A DNA stretch of 33,060 nt from Sphaeroforma arctica JP610 (taxonomy: Eukaryota), in assembly GCF_001186125.1 (NCBI RefSeq), contig NW_014040478.1:89180-122239 (forward strand), given 5' to 3'. The notes beneath the pieces are model-generated. The model made no database searches and was not told the DNA's origin. It was given only the letters and a program-made list of their open reading frames with translations. This document shows positions 1-10,690 of this stretch, in pieces. A program made the translations under genes and the position numbers. Every line of letters starts with the position of its first letter. Within the stretch, counting starts at the first letter, position 1.

Positions 1-808
1 TATATGTTTGTGTGTGTGTACATAACTTGTTTCAACAACTTGTATGCGCATTAATAAACCAATAACCTTCATGCGTGTTGGCTGTCGATGTGCTGATTTA
101 GAACGGCCAAGAACTCCTGTTTGTCGTCGACTTCTAAGAACTCTATTTCGCCTAATATTTCCGCAGTAGTAGAGTGCAATTTCAGCGCTTGTCAAAACAA
201 TTTCATATTTTTTCCGCCACCTTTGCAGTAAACTAGGTAATAATAATAAACTAAACCACCCTTGCACCTAATTTCAAAACTGGAGTCGCAAGTTCAAATT
301 TTGTCTTGGGTAATTGTGATGGGAGCCAAGCAAGTGTACTAGGACTAATTTACTACACCTTCACGCGCACTCAAGACACGATTGATGAAATCGAGTGGGC
401 TCTGACTGAATATAGTCGCCTTTCAAGATTAAAAGAGCATCGAAATATATATATTTATTATACGAGTATTGTAGAGGTGATTAGCAAACATGTTAACCTT
501 GAGTTGACTGATGAATACCAAAACTTTATGGCACTAAAATTGACTGGTATCTTTCGAAATATTTAAAGTGGGTAAGCGATAAGTCAAATAAAGACGTGTG
601 CATATCCATATGATATCAAGAACACAATCATGAGCGTTTAATAAATAACGCATACTATTTCAACTATTAAGCAATGGGTTTACCATATTAGACCTACTCA
701 AAGCCTAGTGGACAACAAATAGACTTACTATGATTTTTCAAGTTCTCTCGAAATGATGACTTAAGACGCTATTAACGTATTTCGAAATTTGTCAACTCCT
801 GTAGTCTC

Positions 809-1272
809 TTGAGACTTACGTCGTATGAGTTTTGCGGTGATCTCATTCGGGACACAGATTGCTATAACGCCAACCACTGTGTACACCAGTGGTACTCCAT
901 GTTTCGAGGCAAGGTGCGGTCCATCACCATGGATGACTGTGAGTCCAAGATCTGGCTAAGGAGGTCATATACAACAAGTACAACCCGTCAATGACAATGT
1001 CATTATCATTGAAAATTTTGAGAAGGGAGAGCATCCGGTGTGCATGTCATATTCTTTTTTCTGCCGAGGCGGTTAAGTTGGGTGGCGATAAAGCATCAGC
1101 GGCGCACATATTGCAATACACTGTGTATTGGTATCCGTCCTCCCAGGATCGGGAAATATTTATACATCAAACGGCAAAATACATACATACAGTGGGCACG
1201 TTTGTCGTGGTCGCAAAACCCGCGTTAACTGTAGCTAGGATGGAAACCGCTGGTGTGTACCGGGACATTTAA
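809..1272 (+). pseudogene. Degenerate hAT-family transposase fragment
   Basis: Frameshifted ORFs give GKVRSITMDD (like the hAT catalytic 'SITxD' segment), then SIRCACHILF (hAT CxxH box), then a decayed 'VxTRW'-like stretch near 1230-1245. The order fits hAT transposases. No termini found. Confidence 0.55.
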
Positions 1273-1419
1273 AAAATACCGACATCGTAATTAACAGGCG
1301 CACGTTCCTGCAGTTCAAGACTCGGCCTGATACAGCTCAACGACCATAGAAATAGTTTGATTTGCGTACGTCTGACACTTTCTTATGCAGCTAATGTGTA
1401 GAACCCGTAGTATGGTTGG

Positions 1420-2200
1420 TTGACCCACGTCGTCTTGCTCGTATCACATAACTGCAACTCATCAGCCTTTCCGACCGTTTCCGGTATATTTGCCGGTGTG
1501 TCGTTGCTCACGCTGTATTTAAAATGCTGTCTGCATTGCCGCCCCCAACCCGACTTTCACCTGATATTTACCCGTGTTCCCCTTTTTATTTCTATGTTAT
1601 ATAAATGTTCTATTTTATCAGGTAACCCACGGACTTATCCGTTCTCCCTTAAATTTCACACTTCTCTCTCTAGACCTAGAGTAGAGAGATAGAGGATCAT
1701 GACTTTACTTTTTAGCATAGCCTTCTTGTCAATTTATGTCGCTTTTAATGTTTTATCAGACTTTACGATTCGACAAAGTGACTACGGATCGCAATGTGTG
1801 TATCCGACAATGTACCACACACTGGGTGGTTAATGTGTAACTATCCAGGATTATTTTGCAGATATTCGTTGCTATCTAGTTACTCAAGAAGACGTCAGGC
1901 GATACATGAATCCCCCCGAGATTGGCGGTTTCCAACCAGATGTCGTGTGGGGAGATTTCAACTTCAAAGTCCGGAAGTATGGCCACGCATCTACAAATCA
2001 CGGATTCCGATCCAGGCCAGCCAACACATACCGATTCATCCGTGGTCTGGTGCGGCATTGGCTTACCCCCATCCTCGCTTCTCGACCGGATTATGACGGA
2101 TAACTTGGTCCTTCTCGGTATTTCGTACTCTGCACTAACCCATTCCGCGGCACTACACGGCGCAGACCCGATCCGTACCACAGAGCGACTATGAGAGCCA
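1420..2200 (+). pseudogene. Degenerate APE-type endonuclease of a non-LTR (LINE) retrotransposon
   Basis: LVSHNCNS (motif I-like, about 1435-1460), IAMCVS, VVWGDFNF (GDFN motif, ORF 1906-2103) and SSLLDRIM (xLDRI motif, ORF 1922-2194) occur in order across frameshifts. An AT-rich interruption lies at about 1515-1760. Confidence 0.65.
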
Positions 2201-2224
2201 TACCATATGTTCATACATTGTATC
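2201..2224 (-). repeat. Putative B2 terminal repeat of the YR retrotransposon
   Basis: taccatatgttcatacattgtatc aligns to 2485-2510 (tatcgtatgttcttcccaattgtacc) at 19/24 with one 2-nt gap. It sits where the LINE endonuclease similarity ends. Confidence 0.5.
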
Positions 2225-2457
2225 ATACATACTTGCCATTTTTGAAATAAATAATATTATCCCTATCTAGGGTTATTTTGTAAAATGCTAGTTGCATTGA
2301 TGTGAGTGAGTATTGGTTCTATATACATTAAGAAGACGTAGTGTCGTGTGCAAGTACGAGCGAGGTCTGATCTATCGACTCATGTCAAATAGTGATATCT
2401 GCTGCTGATACATGCTTTTGTGAGGTGAATAGATGAACATAGCGCGTGGCGGGGTGG

Positions 2458-2510
2458 GACGAGAGGAGAACAGATTAGACGAAGTATCGTATGTTCTTCC
2501 CAATTGTACC
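2458..2510 (-). repeat. Internal B1-A2 junction copy of the element termini (split direct repeat)
   Basis: 2458-2485 gacgagaggagaacagattagacgaagt matches 10691-10718 gacgtgaggagaacagatgagacgaagt at 26/28. The abutting 2485-2510 resembles 2201-2224. Confidence 0.8.
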
Positions 2511-2620
2511 CTTGTGGTAGCAAAGGTCAAAAGGGTTATGTGACTGGAATGACAGAAACTGAGTCATTCCAGGAAACATGATGACTCTAACATAAGTAGC
2601 AATTGTAAAAATTGCGGCAT

Positions 2621-3330
2621 TTATTGTTGTACTTTGAGCCACGATAGGTTCTCATTAAAGAAGCGGTCGTGAAGAGTTAGGATTAATGCCCTGACGTAGA
2701 ATTTCACGGTCCCCTGCCTGATACCCAAAATGGCATTGATAATGCGGTGCGACGTGTTAATTGCCAAGACGCTAGCCACAAAACCTATGCAGAAAGAGTG
2801 TGACTCCAGTGGTGTGACCAACTGTTGTGGAATACCCGCGGCTACAAACTGATACTTCAACTCTGCCCAGAATTGAGTACGTTATGTGTTGTAGGTTTCG
2901 ACATCGTCAATCTCATCTGTATCCGCTGTTGACAGAATGTTGCAACGAAAATATGGCTGTCCGAAGAAACATAGTACCTGGTGGAAGTGTGCCTTTAGAA
3001 AAACAAATACCTTTGGAATTGGCCTTGCGTGTGTAGCAAAAGTGTTTGTGCTGCGGTTGTGACATTTGCAATCCACGAAGGTGGTAAACATCGTAGTGTC
3101 GGTTAAATTGGGATGAAATTATTCATGAAAGAAGTTTTGGGGCCGACAAAGAAGAAAACGACTATGAGAGCGCGCCAGTGTACGGATACATCTGAATACT
3201 CAAAGACAGCCGACACCCAACCGGCGTAAACGAGTGCTGGTTCATCCGTAGATGTTGCATGACCGTCAAGGATAAAAGTGGATTTATAAGTAGTCTTTAA
3301 TTCTCCCCAAACGGCGGTTGTCATCTCATT
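2621..3330 (-). pseudogene. Tyrosine recombinase (integrase) of the YR retrotransposon, frameshifted
   Basis: WRALIVVFFFVG (box I region), DCK...RPIP, and ESHSFCIG...INAILG...TVKFYVR (HxxR box with R to C change, catalytic Tyr). Confidence 0.85.
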
Positions 3331-3621
3331 CGGCTATGCCGATTATGATCGAAGCACGTTGCTCCATTTCAGGACAGCAGCACTAACCGTGTGAGTCTGT
3401 GAAGGTTTCATATTCTGCTCGCGCATCAAGTAAATTAAATACCGAATAGCAGAGTCTCGTGATGTGGGTGGAGTATCACGGTAGAGGCCAATCAATGGTG
3501 CGATTCTTCGGAAACGATTATTTACCTCTGTAGTTTTTTGTCGAGCAGTCCCATTTGTAATACCACCGACTGTGAACCAATCATGATATGTCGAGATATT
3601 GCAGCTGCCTGACTTTGTGGA

Positions 3622-3975
3622 TCAATTAGCGCGGCGATGTATTGCCAAGGTGGCTGTTGGACGCCCAGTCGGCGTGATGTGCTTACTGGGTAGTGTACAT
3701 CGCTGTCCCGGTCGAAGTAGAAGTAGACGGACTGCCATGTTTCGTAGGTCCGGCCACCATGGTGCTTTTATCCATAAGGGAGCAATTAAAATTGCTTGGG
3801 CCGATTGTACCCGGAGTTGTTGCAGTATCTGAGCTACCATCGGCTCGGGTGGTGTTACGAGATGTATTTCTTTGTTCCATCGTTGGTGATAAGCATGTAC
3901 TATTGTCATCGCGCCGTGGTGTGCAAGCTGATTGTAGTAGTCGTTTGGAAATAAATCTTTGGGTTGCACCTTCAC
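3622..3975 (-). pseudogene. DIRS-type Dam-like methyltransferase domain (C-terminus of pol)
   Basis: DLF...N...W...TPP...QILQQL...AILIAPLW...WWPDL follows the DLFA/(N/F)PP/LIAPxW pattern found after RNase H in DIRS elements. Confidence 0.8.
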
Positions 3976-3999
3976 GGTCAGTGCCCACTCCCAGTAAAG

Positions 4000-4680
4000 A
4001 CGATGTGCAACTTCGGCGTTCAGTGTTCAGCTACACTGTAGCAGCTTTCCGGAATGTGATACCTGTCCGCCGCTGAGTCCAGAGCTCCGTGAAGATATAA
4101 AACAATTGTCGTTAGCCACTTGGCTTGCAGGCGATGAGTTATTGATTAGACAGTATCTGCGCAACTGTCGGCATCGCAATGCTGCTAGTGCTGTTGTTGA
4201 GCCGGCTAGTACCTGTAGTGGTTGCTGATGTTGCAAGTCAGCAAATGATCGCTCGTAGTTCCAAGACTGTAATTGGCCACTCCGCCTCCGAGGGAGACCG
4301 CCGCCAAGCTTGTGTCCAAGTCTGATTGTAAACTGTAAGTGTACCCCCGCCTCCTACTTTTGAGGCGTCTGTCATCAAGGATCGATTGCGTGGGATCGTT
4401 TAGAAAGTATCTGTCGTGGCTGGTGTTTTGTGAGCGCATAAACTTACTTCTCTAGCTTATTAAGGGCTGAGCTTGACAGACGTACTTTTGCATGCCATGG
4501 GCTGTGTTACTGTGCTTGTGTTGTGATTTTGGCCGGACGACGTAGGTCTACTAAGTAGAGGCGCGCTGTTGATACGACGAAGGTTGCGCACTGCACCAGC
4601 CCCAGATATCGATATGTGAATTTTCGATAAAGCCTGTGTTATAAAATTCTGGCCCTGATTGAAGCTACGAAAGGCGGGTA
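4000..4680 (-). pseudogene. RT C-terminal connection and RNase H of the YR retrotransposon
   Basis: Hand translation gives YLGLVQCATFVVSTARLYL...WHAKVRLSSSA, then LMTDASKVGGGG...W...EAEWPITVLELRAI (DIRS RNase H TDAS and LELxA motifs). Stops and frameshifts are present. Confidence 0.85.
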
Positions 4681-5922
4681 CCTTCCCTACCGCCTTGAAT
4701 TGCACCCTCCTGACAGCGCACCCAAAAAAAGGCGATGCAGATATCACCTCCCCCGCCGACTTCTGCCCTATCACGCTAACGCAAATAATCAGACGCATAT
4801 TTGAGAAGTGTTTCCTCAAGCTGATTACTAGCCACCCCGGCTCTACTACCCACGCAACCCAAGCTGACTTCAAATCACGATACTCCTGCCATACCCAAGC
4901 ACTCGCCGCCATGGAATCTGAAACACAGTCGGAAGAGGAGTGGAGCGACGCCTGTTTTGAGATTACCAAGGCATACGTCAAGGTTGCTCTCCCGCGCCTG
5001 TGGGTACTCTTGCGCCACGCTTGAATGCCCAAAACTGTATCAACTGCCTTACCGCGACATGCTCTCGCATCTATTTCATAGAACAAATGGCATCCTACAA
5101 GGCTCAATCGTTGGCCCGCAGCTCTTTATTATCTACATGGATTTTTTTTGGCTGTCACACTAGCACAATTCCGGCCCAAGCTCCCCCGCTTCTATTTATT
5201 TGTCGACGTCACACGGATCCAAGCCCCCCAACCGGTTCCGCTCCAGTTCTTTTTAGACGACATTGATGCCTGGGGACGCAAATCTGGCCTCAAACAAGGT
5301 GTCATCAAACCCCGAGTACGATCTACCAACTTGCGACACGTGGCGCCAACCCTCCATATAAAAGGTGAACTTATCACGCTTGCGTCACCTACCCCTGAAG
5401 ATGGCTCCCACACATGTCAAGCCTAAACTCTCCAAATACCTGAGTTTCCCACTCTCCCACGGAATACCAGAGATAAATCTCGCCAGACATATGGAATCCC
5501 TGGTTACAGCATTGTCTCTGGGTATCGCCTCCTTCCGCGCTTATGGTTTCCATGGCTTCAGCTGGCGATATCCCCGCAATAGGCTGATGTTGTTCAAAAC
5601 ATTCATCTTATCCACGGCTACATATGGCCTGAACATTATTGCCTGGGCTCCACCTATATGGAAGGATGCGCTGGACCCCTTGCTTGAGCGCTATAACTCA
5701 GCACTCATTCGAGCAGCAGCCATCATCACGGGCACCAAATACCCTAGGTTCCCAAACATCAAACCAACTTACTCCATTTTTGTGGCCTGCTCCCCACGCG
5801 AGCATTGGCGGACTACCTCGGAAGTTGCCTGGGACTGCAACTCGACTCAATGGCCAGCGCAAACCCACTCACCCCTCTAACGCAACCCGCCTGGGCCCAC
5901 GACAAACCCACACTGCGCTTCC
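4675..5922 (+). mobile_element. Internal fragment of a non-LTR (LINE) reverse transcriptase, decayed
   Basis: GTFP...PKKG...DFCPITL...RRIFEK, QADF, FEITKAYVKV (DxxKAYDxV-like), GILQGSIVGPQLFIIYMD, LFVD (decayed xADD), KYL, LFKTFILSTATYG...W. Frameshifted, with no poly-A or 3' end seen. Confidence 0.9.
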
Positions 5923-5929
5923 CGTATAG

Positions 5930-6360
5930 TATCTATGCGTAGCCTTGTTCCCAAGCTAAGCGTATTCCGAGGAGGAGTACCATGGAATAAATGAAATTGC
6001 GATGTGTTATGATCAGTGGCTCCGGGCTCAACAACATTAGGTCGTCGGCATAGAGAATTACTTTGATACTCTTTTTTCCTACTAGTTGACTGAATACATC
6101 CATCAGTCAGTTGAAGTAGTATGGGCCAAATGTTGCCCTCTTGGGCAGGGTTAGATACTCGTATAGTTGACTGTTTGGCTGCGAATTTGCCACAATTTGG
6201 GATCGCGGACTTTGAGGGCAAAGAAACAATCCCGGAAATTCGTAATCATCATGTGATCGGTTGGTCTGGCTGTAGTGGCGAGTAATCCTGATCCCTTCAT
6301 TTTGAACTTGGGGGTCGACGAGGAAGTATTGATTAGTGATGGAATGACTATTATGCGAGC
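5930..6360 (-). pseudogene. Reverse transcriptase core of the YR retrotransposon
   Basis: Hand translation gives ARII...LIN...PKFKMKG...DHMMITNFRDCFFAL, a frameshift, then LYEYLTLP...FGPYYFN*LM...IKVILYADDLMLL...LLGIRL. This is a typical DIRS RT pattern. Confidence 0.9.
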
Positions 6361-6849
6361 TCGGTCCTCTGACTTTGTCGACAGTGCGAAATTGTCGTGT
6401 CGTTAACAGCGCGATCTCCGGTGATTTGACGCATGTATCCCGCCGCCTCTAGTCTGGCGGATTCCTTTATTGTGACCGCAACTTCGACCTCGTAAATGTC
6501 GATTAAATGTCACTGCTTGCTCGGTTTGGGAGGCCCACTTGGTCCCCACACGATTGGAATTTTATAGTGGATCCATTGTGTAATCTTGCGAGGGGCGCTT
6601 GTGCCCCATCAGGCGGAAAGCTTTGCCCTGACGGACTCAAATATAGGAGGTAGCGGCTACTGTTCAACAGGTGGGCCTAGACAGACTTCTGACATTTAAT
6701 GTGTTTGGTAATTCTATTGTGTAGGTTGGAATCCTCGTGAGGACGACGTCATTGCTCGGGGATTCATTATAGTCATCTATCACAGATGCTGTGCTGTCAA
6801 TCACAGAAATAAACGTTCCATTTCTCAAACGGATTCGTATTGGGTTTGA

Positions 6850-7440
6850 ATGAATTAGAATTGTCTTTGTTCTGTACTGTCGTTGCATCCTCCACCTCTA
6901 TCTCCACTACTTTTTCCACGGCTACGATCTCCGTTAGTAGTATTAGATTAACGAGACACTGGCTTATCTGAACTATAGTCACGTTTGTTGTCAAATTTAC
7001 AATTGCTATTAGAAGTACCCCTGATAAGGGCAAACTCTTGCTTCTTTTGCAGTACGGCCTTAAATGCCTTTCGAGGTGACCTATTCGCTGATTATACCAT
7101 GAGCTGAGCGGTACGACGAGAGTTGGTACCGCTGTGCTTTCCTTGACACGGATTCACTTGCTTTCACAAATGTGTACAATATCTGCGCATAGCCTCCTAA
7201 AAAGAACATATGCGATTAGCTCAAAAACGATTCCCTGAAGCGCTGACAGCTGCTCCTCGGGTGTAGTACAAGCTACCGGAAGTCGACGTTCTGATAGAAG
7301 AGTGAAGAAAACAGCTCAATTGGTTTGCCAGTAGAAACTGGCGTTTCGGGCGCTACTTTATTCTGAAACCACTGTGCGAAAGCGTGGTTGTTACTAACTG
7401 GGTGGGAGCTTCGATGATGTAATAAGCCGGGCCTCCACAT
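6850..7440 (-). pseudogene. 3' part of a gag-like ORF of the YR retrotransposon
   Basis: Lies upstream of pol. Fragments FAQWFQNK and a basic Gly/Arg-rich tail (GDRSRGKSSGDRGGG), with several stops. The call is mostly positional. Confidence 0.45.
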
Positions 7441-7451
7441 TAGACTCTATG

Positions 7452-7509
7452 TTATAAACGTACTTTAAGCAGTACGTAAATTATAAACGTACTCTTAATA
7501 GTACGTAAG
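7452..7509. repeat. Two tandem 29-bp units, each containing ACGTACT-N6-AGTACGT
   Basis: ttataaacgtactttaagcagtacgtaaa and ttataaacgtactcttaatagtacgtaag. Confidence 0.9.
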
Positions 7510-8534
7510 TTTCCTAAAATGGGTTTTAATGGTCTTATTAATTAATACCTTTTCCATTTTACATTTCAGATATTTGGACGAGGCCATTAAAAGACCTCAG
7601 TAAAATACGAAACATAAAGAGTTGGTCTAGTTCTATTAATAGAACTTTATTTACTTTCCAACTTTATTTATATCTGAATACTTCGGTAGCGAGGTGGCTC
7701 AACCGAATATAGGTCTCTAGGGACTATTAACGTTATCTAGTTGATCCTCCGATCAACCTGATGAAGGTTAAGTCGGTATTTCTTGATAAGTGGCATGTTA
7801 TTGGTTAAGACAATAACTAAGGACTTCAAGGGTATTTTTTCTTTTCTTCTAAAGATAGGATTTTACGAGTCTCTCGGATTCGCCCCAATGAAACATACCA
7901 TAGTTTCTAATAGAGCGACAACGAAACACTATATAAAATCCCTTCGGCGGAAACAGTACTGAGAGGATTATATATAGGCAATGTCTCAGCCTCACAATCC
8001 CTCAGAGTATTGCTGTTTTCACGAGGCATACCTAACTTTACTAAGACCGCTTTTGCCAACTTCGGAAAAATATACGAAAATACTGTCTAAAAAATTATGG
8101 CTCAGTATTTTTGTGTATTTCTTTTGGAATATAGGACATAAAAATTTCCGGAACATTTTGAAATATAGCGTCGGATGTATTTCAAATTGTGGATGAATAT
8201 TCGCCGAGTGTTTCAATTGGAACAGTTGGCAAAAGCGCGAACAAACAAGAAATTATCCGTGAGTCGTCCCAAAATAAACAAAAGGATTTTATTGGACCTC
8301 ATTTCCAATCTGATCCCATTTTTCGTGGTGAAATTTTGGCGTTTTCGAATACACGTCAGTTTGTTTGACACTATTGTAGAATATTTGTTTGTTGGTTTCG
8401 TACATGTACGCACAGCAACACCATAGCGCTCCGGCTGTTTATACATATCATCTTTGATACAATGGATAACCAGATGGATTTAAAAGTTACAACATGATTA
8501 TATTGACGGTACTATAGCAACATTTGGAAATATT

Positions 8535-9070
8535 ATGCAACCACCGGGTTCGGTCGAGGATGAGGATGATGTTGTAAATGTTAATTGCGATTCATTAAGC
8601 ATACCTTCATCTTATAAACGAGCACACAAATCGCCTATAACGAAGCGGAAGATAGTGTCTAAATTCAGATCTGGTAAGAAGATCAAAGTATCTAAACTCA
8701 ACAGGGACTAAAAGCCTGACCGCACCCACTCAGATAGGTATGTATATGTCTGCGCAAGTTTTCTAGAAGTACATGTTATATTGATTAAATTATCTCTAGT
8801 GCAGTGCTCATATATGTAAAACTGTTTATATTTAGAACATCGAACTGCCATTGCACTACCATAAAGGACTATTATGATATCTAAAACACACTATAACACA
8901 TGATAGGCACCTGCTACTGGTCGAACCCCCTTAGTAGATCCAGGGAAGATAACAGTTGAGGAGTGGACACAATATCGAACTCTGCTTCGCAAGGATAAGC
9001 CGTCATCCGCGATGATTGACGCAATGAGAAAACTCTTTAAGGCGAACTCTTCATATCTGACGCTAGGAGG
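8535..9070 (+). pseudogene. Possible remnant of the second (accessory) Harbinger gene
   Basis: Acidic then basic coding-like stretch MQPPGSVEDEDD...KRKIVSKFRSGKKIK, followed by a GTATGT...TTTAG intron-like segment (about 8738-8835). Convergent with the transposase. No Myb/SANT motif recognised. Confidence 0.3.
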
Positions 9071-9091
9071 TAGAAGATCTAGACGCTGGAG

Positions 9092-9955
9092 TTATTTGCA
9101 TAGACAATTTTGAGCAGGAGTATCATGATTTTTCAAAAGTACCGATTGGGACAGTGATATCAAGTCCAATGTGCAATCTTCTTCTCTTACAGTATTTGGT
9201 ATATTTGAGCCATCCTGTGCCCCAATTACGCAGCTAAAGAAGGGCCAGAAGCGAGTGTTATTTCTTATTTTGGATGGTACCGGGGTGCCTTTAGTAGGCA
9301 TAACAATATACTTTTTGTAGAGCGCCAGATTAATGTAGTATATTGCATTTCTTATCCCATTGAACACCTTCTGTGTACTCCGTCGAAATATTCGAGCCAA
9401 ATACGCCTGTGTCATTTTTTGACCTGCGAAGGTGAGCCACATATATAGCATCTCGTGAACTCCTACATTAGCCCGTCCATCAGGTTTATATACTTTTTTA
9501 ATCTCCATAGTAAATTTCTCAAACACAACGAGAGGCATTCTCAAACACTGTTTATGTACGCGGTGGTTTGAACTATTCATTTCGCTTTCAATATCCTCTA
9601 ATCCACGAAAGTAATTCTCATTGTATACGTTGTCGCGGCGTCCACCTGGACCATATATTTGATAGATTTTTTCTATACAGTCACCTATTGCGTACATAGT
9701 GTTTTCTGTGTTGTTGATCATTATATTCGCAACTATAAATAAGCGAGCCATATGCTGCTTACTTACGTACAACTGGCATTCTTCGCACTCTTCATCGTAG
9801 CCTGTTTCCCCGCACATACTACCCAACAAAGCGTACAAGATGAAGTTATAATAGAACTGGAGAATACGTATACATAATTTATATACAAATAGAAGTGTCA
9901 AAAACTCAAAATACGCATGTGTTTTGTTGTATGCTTTTTCGCGCTCAAAAGCCAA
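9092..9955 (-). pseudogene. Harbinger/PIF DDE transposase, C-terminally truncated
   Basis: LRM...FEK, HTH-like LARIFRRSTQKV, and RFWPFFSCVIGAQDGSNIP (the 'CIGAIDGTHIP' first catalytic Asp motif). Later catalytic motifs are absent. The true start is probably downstream of 9955. Confidence 0.9.
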
Positions 9956-10387
9956 AGAGTATTCCGAAATTAGAACGCTCTTTCTTCATTCATTTCTTTG
10001 TCAAAATGAAAAAGAGGGGTAACCCTCTTTTTCATTTTCAAAGAAATATACAACGAAATGAAATACGGCTTCAATATTTTTACGCCGTAAAATGCAAAAT
10101 TTGGAATTGGCAAAAGCAGCGGAATTGACAATTTATGAAATATTGAAGTTTGAAATACCGAAAAATGAAATTCAAAATTTCTGCAATATTTTGAAATTAT
10201 GAAGAAATTATGGACTCGCGTAAAAAATTATGGATTTAGTTACCGGAGTAAGTTGTTTTGCTCTTTGTGTATTTATCATCAGAATTTTCAAAAGATGGCA
10301 AAACCGGCCTAATAGTAAATGTCGTATTTCGTTTATTTACTTTGATATTTTCACGATACTTAGAATTTACCTACGCGTTTATTTATT

Positions 10388-10642
10388 CTAAGGCGTTAAT
10401 ATCGCCTTGAGGGACCGAATCTTACAATAATTCATCAACGACGTCGGGTGGGAATAGTCAGGTACCAAATAGCCTGTGTTTGCGAAAGCTCGCAAAGCAT
10501 TCGCCTGTGTCCGTAGGGCTGTGGTAGTCGGGTCATGTACTAATAGTTCCAGTTGATTTGCCTGGACGCCAAGTTGATTCTGCAGGGCAGTGATAATTTC
10601 TTGCTGTTGTTGCAAGGCTTGATGTATGTCCTGGTCCGCCAT
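10388..10642 (-). pseudogene. 5' part of the gag-like ORF of the YR retrotransposon
   Basis: ATG lies 76 bp inside the 5' terminus. Coiled-coil-like MADQDIHQALQQQQEIITALQNQL. The ORF ends at the boundary of the AT-rich insert. Confidence 0.6.
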
Positions 10643-10690
10643 ATTGCGATGTGATCTGCCGGAGGGGTAGTAAAGTCTACTCTCACATTT

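Larger units (their letters stand above)
8045..10309 (-). mobile_element. PIF/Harbinger DNA transposon, internally deleted
   Basis: Imperfect TIRs gaccgcttttgccaacttcggaaaa (8045-8069) and reverse complement of 10285-10309 ggccggttttgccatcttttgaaaa match at 20/25. TAA flanks both ends (8042-8044, 10310-10312). A Harbinger transposase ORF lies inside. Confidence 0.9.
7441..10390. mobile_element. Unclassified AT-rich insertion splitting gag; hosts the Harbinger element
   Basis: Abrupt shift to AT-rich non-coding sequence at about 7441 and back at about 10390, where the gag-like ORF stops. About 680 bp remain once the Harbinger is removed. No clear TIR or TSD. Confidence 0.45.

Noticed and set aside
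60..566. Short coding-like stretches (minus strand about 70-210; ORF 306-566)
   Set aside because: No recognisable motif or supported splice structure; possibly further transposon debris.
3599..4076. Plus-strand ORFs of 77-127 aa
   Set aside because: Antisense shadows of the methyltransferase region.
4460..5107. 215-aa minus-strand ORF
   Set aside because: Antisense to the LINE RT and off-frame across the junction; no motifs.
5877..6221. 114-aa minus-strand ORF as listed
   Set aside because: Wrong frame; the RT motifs lie in the other two frames.
10340..10392. Helitron-like 3' end (tagaat...attcta hairpin, CTAA)
   Set aside because: The hairpin is AT-rich and includes the terminus; no matching 5' TC or A/T insertion site.
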